From the NCBI GenBank assembly GCA_010909165.1, contig MU008155.1, positions 248,001-312,000 of the forward strand: 64,000 bases of DNA. The letters are read 5' to 3'. Source of the DNA: Anthoceros angustus (Eukaryota; Plantae; Anthocerotophyta). Both the position numbers and the translations under genes were made by a program. The notes beneath the pieces are model-generated. The model had not been told where the DNA came from, ran no database searches, and saw only the letters and a program-made list of their open reading frames with translations. This document shows positions 56,845 through 64,000 of the stretch, one piece after another; positions within the stretch are counted from its first letter, which is position 1, and every line of letters begins with the position of its first letter.

Positions 56845-59800
56845 ATGGATCGTGGAGGGCGTGAGGTAGTTAAGGAAGAATTGCTAAGAGTCGGACGTTG
56901 TGGTGCGGCGCTCGGCGCGAACGTGAGGGCAACGAGCTCGGGCGGGGTCACGAAGCGGTGGTGGTTGTCGGATCGTGAGGAGGCGGCCGGTGGCGGTGAG
57001 GCGGTTCCTCCCACAGCCGGTTGCAGCGTCAACGACCAAACAAGCGTACTCTCTTTGGAGGAAGAAGGGCGGGATGAAACCTTTGTTGAGGATTTGTATG
57101 GGCAAACAGCGGAGAAGGTTCGGATGACTAATCCATTCAAGGGTCCTTGAGGACAGCGGCCCGGTGGCGAGAAATACCACCCGAGCGCTCCCCTGCGACC
57201 TTGAAGCATTGAAGGATGCCTTCTTAGAAAGATTCAGAATCGATCGAAAGCTATGTCAAACTTGAGAACCTAAAGAGGCAAGGCGGAAAAGTTGGGATCG
57301 GTACATGAGCGGTTCTATGCCCTCGGGATCGGCACCCCACCCACACGATGCGGTGCGTTGGTTCGGGCTTATCAAGCCAATGGCTAAGCATGCTTGCGAA
57401 GGATGTGAGTAAGGCGGTGCGGCGGAACTATGAAGAATCGATGCTGGCGAGCGACTCCTCAAGGAGGAAGAAGAAAGAAGAAGAAAAGCGGAATCGGACT
57501 CAAGATGAAGAGCCCTCGGAAGGAGGAGGCGGGGTCGGAGGAAGAGGAGGAGATTTCAGCGAATCCGAAGCCTCCACGGAGCGGAGGCCGTCGAGAAGTG
57601 GTGGAGCGGAGCGGAAAAGGAGGTCATGATGCTAGCTCGGTCTGAGGTCCTTGGACCAGCTCCTTTGAAAGAGTAGGCGGGTTGAGGAAGATCTAGAGAG
57701 TCATGAAAGGTGGAAGAGTTGGCGATCAATCGGTGAAGATAAGTGGCGGCCAAGGTACCTGCAGTGGGACTCATTTGCGGCATGAGCACTCGGCGGTGCC
57801 CTCGGACCCGTGAACCGGTGGAAATGCGACTATGAGGAGGGCAGAGAGCAGTGGGAGGATGCGCCAGTGCAAGCACCCCGGGCGCGATGGGAAGGCGATG
57901 TACCCCGGCGGAGGTCCATCCATACCGTCCTCGATGCAACCTCGAATGGGAGGACCTCGGGGAATTCTTGGGCGGTGGTGCTGTTGGGCCATGGGAACCC
58001 GGACACTACTCCAGCACTTTGTCCATACCCCACGGACAAGGTAGCGGAGACTTGATGTGTGGAGATGTAGCGGGGGCACATGGCGGTGCACGAATCCTCG
58101 CTCGAGGACGTGCGCTCACGCAACCCGGGGAGCCAAGACCACCGCCCCTCCTAAGGCGGTGCTACAATTGAAGGCCTGGGCGGAGTGGGAGGCGAGGCAC
58201 AAGCGAGGTGGTCAAGTTCGGCCAAGAAGAAGGCGGACTGGAGTGCTTGGAAGTGTCAACCGGGTCGAAAGGAGGCGGAAGGAGGCAGTAAGAGGAAGAA
58301 AAATGAGGATAGTCCACGGATACGGAGGGCGGAACACCCATGAAGAGCCAGAGGGCAGGTTAAGCGGGGCCACAGGAAGAAACCCCAGCCAGGAGTCTCA
58401 GACTCGGACTCACCTCAGCCGATTCCGGATGTGGTTGAGAAGTGGCCAAGATGCTTCAAGAAGAACTCAAGCGGGACCCAGTAGTCAAATGTAAGTATTG
58501 GAGGAGACAAAGCGAGCAGCGTGGAGAAGCCCTTTCAAGGTGGCCGACTTGATGATGGACCAACAACACTTGGTGTCCCTTAGGCGGTTGTTAAGGACAA
58601 GTATCGGCGGGAAGTCAGGAAGGCCATCGAAGCGCAACCACGTCGGAACTCCTTGGTGGGGGCGAAGCGTGGAGGTAAGGTCGTATCTCATACGGACCAC
58701 AGGCGCCCGATGGTGCGGTGGAAGTGCGGGGTGTGTAATTAAGCGTGCCTCTAGATCAGTCGGGAGTGAACCTCATCACAGAGGCCACAAGGCAGTGGGG
58801 TTCACCACCTTGAGCCATCCACCAAAACCCTCGGATGGCGGACATGTCGCGCCCAGGTTGTCAGGTCAAGCCACCATAGCGGGAGCCCCTATACATTAGA
58901 TTTTGTCATCGGACCCGGACCACAGGGTATGAGGTCTGTTAGGCGGCCTTGGCTGAGCCTCGCTCGAGACAAAACTACACCAGACGGAAGGAAATACACT
59001 TCAAGCCGGTGGGATCAGAAGGTGAGGAAGGGCGGTAGCGATTACAGGTAAGGACACGTGGAGAAAGCCGTCGGCACCAGAGGGTACACCTCCCAGAAGG
59101 CAGTGGGGGCGATGAGCGAGGATACGAATGAGGACTACCCTTTCCCAAAATCACGTGGTCGAGGAGGAGATGGATTGGGAGGCGCCTTTAGGCGGAGGTG
59201 GGCGAGGAGGTCATCGATTGTTTTAGGGTGGACTCTGTGGCGGACAAGAGCGGGGAAGGCAATCAAGAGGAGGTCCAGCGGAGGGCGGGGAGGTAGGCGA
59301 GAGTAACCCGTTTCACTTGGACGAGCTCTTTCGGGAGTGGGGAATGCGTGAAGATGAACCTCGGATGGAGGGCAGCCGGACGTGCAAGCGGCGAGAGGCA
59401 GTCAACGGACGATGTGGAAGGCGTGGAGGTTCGCCCGGAAATTCCTCAAATTCGCAAGGGCATCTTGGGAGGGTTAAAGCGAGACCTCACCGATTGTTGG
59501 GGTGAGGTGTTTGCTTTCAAGGTCACGGATATGAAAGGCATTCCAAGCGATTAGAACAGGATAGATCTGAAGCGAGGCGGTGCTGTTCGGATTAGGCGTA
59601 TAAAGCTGAATCCCAAGCACTCGCTCAAGGTCAAAGTCTGGATAAGTATACAGGCGGACATCATCTTCCCAATCAGTGAGTGGGTGGCGCCCATTGTGCG
59701 TGAAGAAGCGGCGAGGCGGTCAGTCTGGGAAAGCTGACGCCGCCACGGAAAGGACCATTTCCCATGCCCTTTGTGGGCGACATCTTGGACAAGGTGGCGG

Positions 59801-62800
59801 CGGAGTACCTACTCCTTCTTGGGCGGCTAAGCTACCGATTACACCTAAAGTCGGTGGGATAAGACAACATTCACCAGTGGGGGCGTTTTGCCTACAAGCA
59901 GTGCCCGGGATAGCGAGCACCGGATCATTTATGCGGATGGTGACCAATGTCTTAAAATTCTGAGGACTTCATGGAGGTGTTCTTGGGCGACTTACATGTG
60001 CGGAGAGGAGGACAAACACGTGGGACATTTGCGGAAGTGTTTGGAGCGATGTAGGAGACTCAAGCGTGCATCAGGAAGTGCTACTTGCATGAGGGAATCT
60101 TGTTGGGGCAGAGTGTCGGTAAGAGGATAGAGGTGGACCAAGACAAGGTGAAAGTCATCATCCCTGCGGCCACCAGAACTTGAAGGAGTTCTGAGTTCAC
60201 AGGCATGGTGAGTTACTATAGGCGTTTCATACAAGATTTTGCAAAGCGGGCCTCGAGCTATGAGCTACTCGGAAGGAGGAGGAATGGACACAGGCGCTTG
60301 AGAAAGGAGGCGGCATTCGAGACCTCCGGACCACTACAGTGTGCCCAGTACTCAAAGGGCCGGGGGAGGCGATTCCATGTGCGTGGATGTATTAGCCATC
60401 GGGGTGCTGCTCGATCAAAAGATGATAAGCGGAGGATCACCCAATCTACTACGGGAAGGCGGCTCACGCCTTGAGCGGAGGTACACTACTACGGGCGGGA
60501 GGCATTGGGTATGGTATCGCCGTTAAAATTCGAGACACTACCTTACATGAGTTTGTGTTCTATGTTGATCACTTGGCTCAAGCATTTGGTGAACAAAGCG
60601 GACTTGTCGGGACGGTGCGAGGTGGATTACATTGCTCTGAGGAGTTCACATTTGAGGTGGAGACTAGGCAGGGCGGCAACACAGCAGCGACTTCTTATCC
60701 AGTTAAAAGGCACATCTGCGGGATCAAGAGGGCCTTCCGGATGAGGAATTGGTGGCGGCGATAGAGGAGGTAGAGACGGTAGGACAAACCCGAAGGCGGT
60801 GAGCAGCGGACCCAGCGGAGAAGGGAGGGAGGCCGGGCGGCCCTCTTCTGAGTTGGAGCAGTACCTATGGGAGATGGAGCTACCCAGGGTTGGCGGAGCC
60901 TTTGTGCACTCGCTCGCCCTTTATATATGGTGCATCTTTAAGGTAGGGCCAGACGGTGTGGAGCAGTACCTCCAGCGGAAGCGGAGGTGGTAATAAAGGG
61001 GATGCCACGAAGGACTAGGTGGTGGACATTATCGCGAGTCACCACCAAGAAAATCTTGGAGGCTGAGTCTTGGTGGCCCACCATGTATGGGGAAACACAC
61101 CAATTTGTGAAGAAGTGTGATGCTTGTCGGCGGATCGGGAAGGAGGAGGAATGGACTGGGCCGAAAGGCGGCATTCGAGACCTCCGACCACTGTCGGTGC
61201 CCAGACTCAAAGGACCGGGGAAGCGATTCCATGTATGCGTGGATGTGTCGCCGCCATCGGGTAGTGCTCGATCAAAAGATGATAAAGCGGAGGGATCACC
61301 CAATCTACTACGGAAGGCGGCTCACGCAGCGGAGAGGTACACTACTACGGGCGAGAGGCATTGGGTATATCGCCGTTAAGAAATTCGAGACACTATACAT
61401 GAGTTTGTGTTCTATGTTGATCACTTGGCTCAAGCATTTGGTGAACAAGGCGACTTGTCGGGGATTGCGAGGTGGATTCTGTTGCTACTGAGGAGTTCAC
61501 ATTTGAGGTGGAGACTAGGCAAGGCGGCAACACCCGACTTCTTATCCAGTTAAAGACGGAGCCTCTGCGGGATCAAGAGGACGCCTTCCGGATGAGGAAT
61601 TGGTGGCGGCGATAGAGGAGGAGGTAGAGGCAGTAGGACAAACCCGGCGGTGACAGCGGACCCGCAGTGGAGAAGGGAGGGCCGGGCGGCCCTCTGAGTT
61701 GGAGCAGTACCTATGGGAGATGGAGCTACCCAAGCACCGAATCGGTGGCGCCTTTGTGCACTACGCTCGCCCTTTCCTATAACGGTTGCATCTTTAAGGT
61801 AGGGCGGTGTGGAAGCGAAGGTACCTCCAAGCGGTGACGGAGGTGGTAATAAAGGGGATGCACGAAGGACTAGGTGGTGGACATTGTCGTGAGTCACCAC
61901 CAAGAAAATCTTGGAGGAGTCTTGGTGGCCCACCATGTATGGGGAAACACACCAATTTGTGAAGAAGTGTGATGCTTGTCGTGGATCGGAAGGCGCCACA
62001 ACTCAATGGCGTTAGTGCCCATACTAGCACTAGCGCCTTTTGAGAAATGGGGCATCGACGTTGGACCTATCGATAGCGACCGGGCACACCTGAGCGGTAC
62101 ATCTTGGTGGCGGACTCACGGTGGGTTGGGCGGTCGCTACGAGCGGACTCTGCGAGCACGGTGGCCAAATTCCTCTCTGAAAACATCATCACAAGGTATG
62201 GGTGTCGTTGCGGTGGTGGCGATAGAACCCATTTCCTCAATGATGTGATAAGCGCAATATGGACTATTTGACATCACACATCACAAAGCGGCCCCTACAA
62301 TCAAAGGCCAGCGGGGAAGACCAATGGACTTATCTGCGCATCCTCAATAAGGCGGCGGTTAACTATGCTTGGGATACAAAGCCGCCATCTATGGGCGTTG
62401 AGCGGCGGTAACCACATAGCGAACTCCGTATTATCGACCTATGGGCACTCACCATGCGGTCGAGTTTGAGGTGCCAACACTCGGGTCATGATGGAAAGGC
62501 GCTTAACGGATGAAGAGAGCTGGGCGGTTGCTAGGGTTTGTCTGACATCTGGAGGGCCGGGAAGAGGCGCAGCGAATGCAAGAGTGCAGAATCAGCATTT
62601 GTGGCATGATAGGCGCCTTAGGAATCGGGAGTATGTGAAGGAGGAGATCGGCCCTCCTTTCGACGACATATGCACTTCGGGTAAACTCCACCTCGATGGA
62701 TGGGGCCTTACCAAGTCGTGCTGGTATACCCCAATGGGTCCGTTGACGGCGTTGGATGGTGAGCTGCGCCCCTCGGGTGAGCGGATGGCGGGTGAAAAAG

Positions 62801-62830
62801 TACCACGCTTAGTGTTGGCGGAGGCATGTG
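56845..62830 (+). pseudogene. gag-pol of element B, heavily frameshifted, with an internal duplication of about 850 bp (about 60295-61140 / 61155-61990)
   Basis: gag (DLYGQTAEKVRMTNPFKG), RT/RH (SYYRRFIQDFAK, HEFVFYVDH), integrase (WWPTMYGETHQFVKKCDAC, APFEKWGID). Homologous to element A. Confidence 0.85.
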
Positions 62831-62832
62831 GT

Positions 62833-62844
62833 GAGAAGGGAGTA
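62833..62844 (+). other. Polypurine tract of element B (GAGAAGGGAGTA)
   Basis: Immediately precedes the TG of the 3' LTR; identical to the element A PPT. Confidence 0.8.
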
Positions 62845-64000
62845 TGTGGACTACGGACTTCCACAGGGGTTAGAAATTAGGTAGGGTTTTGTTTTTGTGG
62901 GAGAAGGATAAAATGAGGCGAAAAGGAAATAAGCACGGTTAGCACTCGGACGGCACTCGGAGTATACTCGGACTCGGGAGAGGGGCATACCTAGGCGATG
63001 GCGGGCGGCTAGCAGGAGTCGGACCCACTCCGGAGGCGGGATAAAATGCGAGAAGTAACTTAGAAGTTGGGCGTAAGAGACGGACTGGCGGCGCCACGTG
63101 GGCGACCACAGTGGAGGGCGGGCATCGGAGTCGGGACCGTAACCTTGGGGCCCATCACGCTGCAGCGGCGGCGTATAGCAGCTGTGGCGGCGTAAGGCGA
63201 TGCAGCGGCGGCGTGGGGCGAGTAAGCCATGAGACCTCAGCGATTCTGAGACGGAAGGCGCCCTCCGCCCGGTGATTACTCCGGCGTGGTCGCGGAAGAA
63301 GGTCATTTATTGCACCTCGAGACAATTCTCGCGATCTCTTGCGCTCATGATCCGGCTCTCTGGCGGTATCTCGTGGGACACTCGGCGTCTTGTGCGGCTC
63401 ACCGTTGAGGTCGGAGCGTGGCGAGCAGCGTGCGGCGGTCTCAAAAGCGGCTCGGCAACCAAGGAGGAGAAGGCGTGGCACCCAAAAGCCAGCGGAAGTT
63501 TGGGAGCCATGGAACCTTGTGGGCGCAACATTGTGACCGGCGCTATCCGGACTTTGGGCTCGCTCCGAGGCGGGAGGGTGGTGCGGGAGTGGCATTTGGA
63601 TGTGTTCAAATGGTGCGGACATTTGATATGTCACTCTGGTCGGGAGTTTGCGGAAGATCTTGGCGGTCAATAAGGAGGTGCGGTCAAGAACCTCGGGAGG
63701 ACCAAGCGCGATGGACCTTGGAGGTCTGAGGCGGCCTCGCCCAAGGAGGAAGAGGGTGGTGCGGGCCCCTGGCGAAGGGAAGATAGGTCCGACCACGGCG
63801 ATGCTAAGGCACAGGGCCGGACCTGTGGTTGGTGCTCAGGCACTGTTGGACGGTCGAGTCAGGCGGTGGCGGATCATTGTCCATGGAACCTACTCACCAG
63901 GTGGATCACCTTGGTGATAATCTATTAGTGTTCACCTTGCAGCTGCGGCCGGGAAGAAGGCGGGTGGGAAGGATTATCTTCGCCGGTTTAGCGAGGCTCA
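62845..64000 (+). mobile_element. 3' LTR (partial, runs off window end) of element B
   Basis: Direct repeat of 52474 onward. Confidence 0.88.

Overview
Nuclear DNA of a land plant. A non-seed plant such as a hornwort is my inference, from the short introns, PLS-type PPR, intron-bearing GC-rich PPO and a WASH subunit. A compact gene island at 26.2-39.7 kb holds a PLS-class PPR, polyphenol oxidase, TSR3, a FATB-like acyl-ACP thioesterase and WASHC3/CCDC53, and is flanked by nested transposons. Both window ends carry related Athila/Tat-like Ty3/gypsy elements in opposite orientation; their LTRs are about 4.3-4.5 kb and each appears to contain a long coiled-coil ORF. A complete chromovirus (19121-24973) has non-canonical AG...CT termini and a CCATT TSD, and sits 121 bp upstream of a tRNA-Phe gene that itself lies inside a TIR-bounded repeat. 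The most striking region is 41-47 kb: several degenerate copies of a bacterial-type beta-class N6-adenine/N4-cytosine DNA methyltransferase domain, one downstream of a ParB/Srx-like domain, consistent with a ParB-MTase fusion gene. Multicopy regions show many homopolymer-type indels, probably uncorrected long-read errors, so frameshifts there do not prove pseudogenisation. All domain calls are by-eye motif recognition; no database searches were run.
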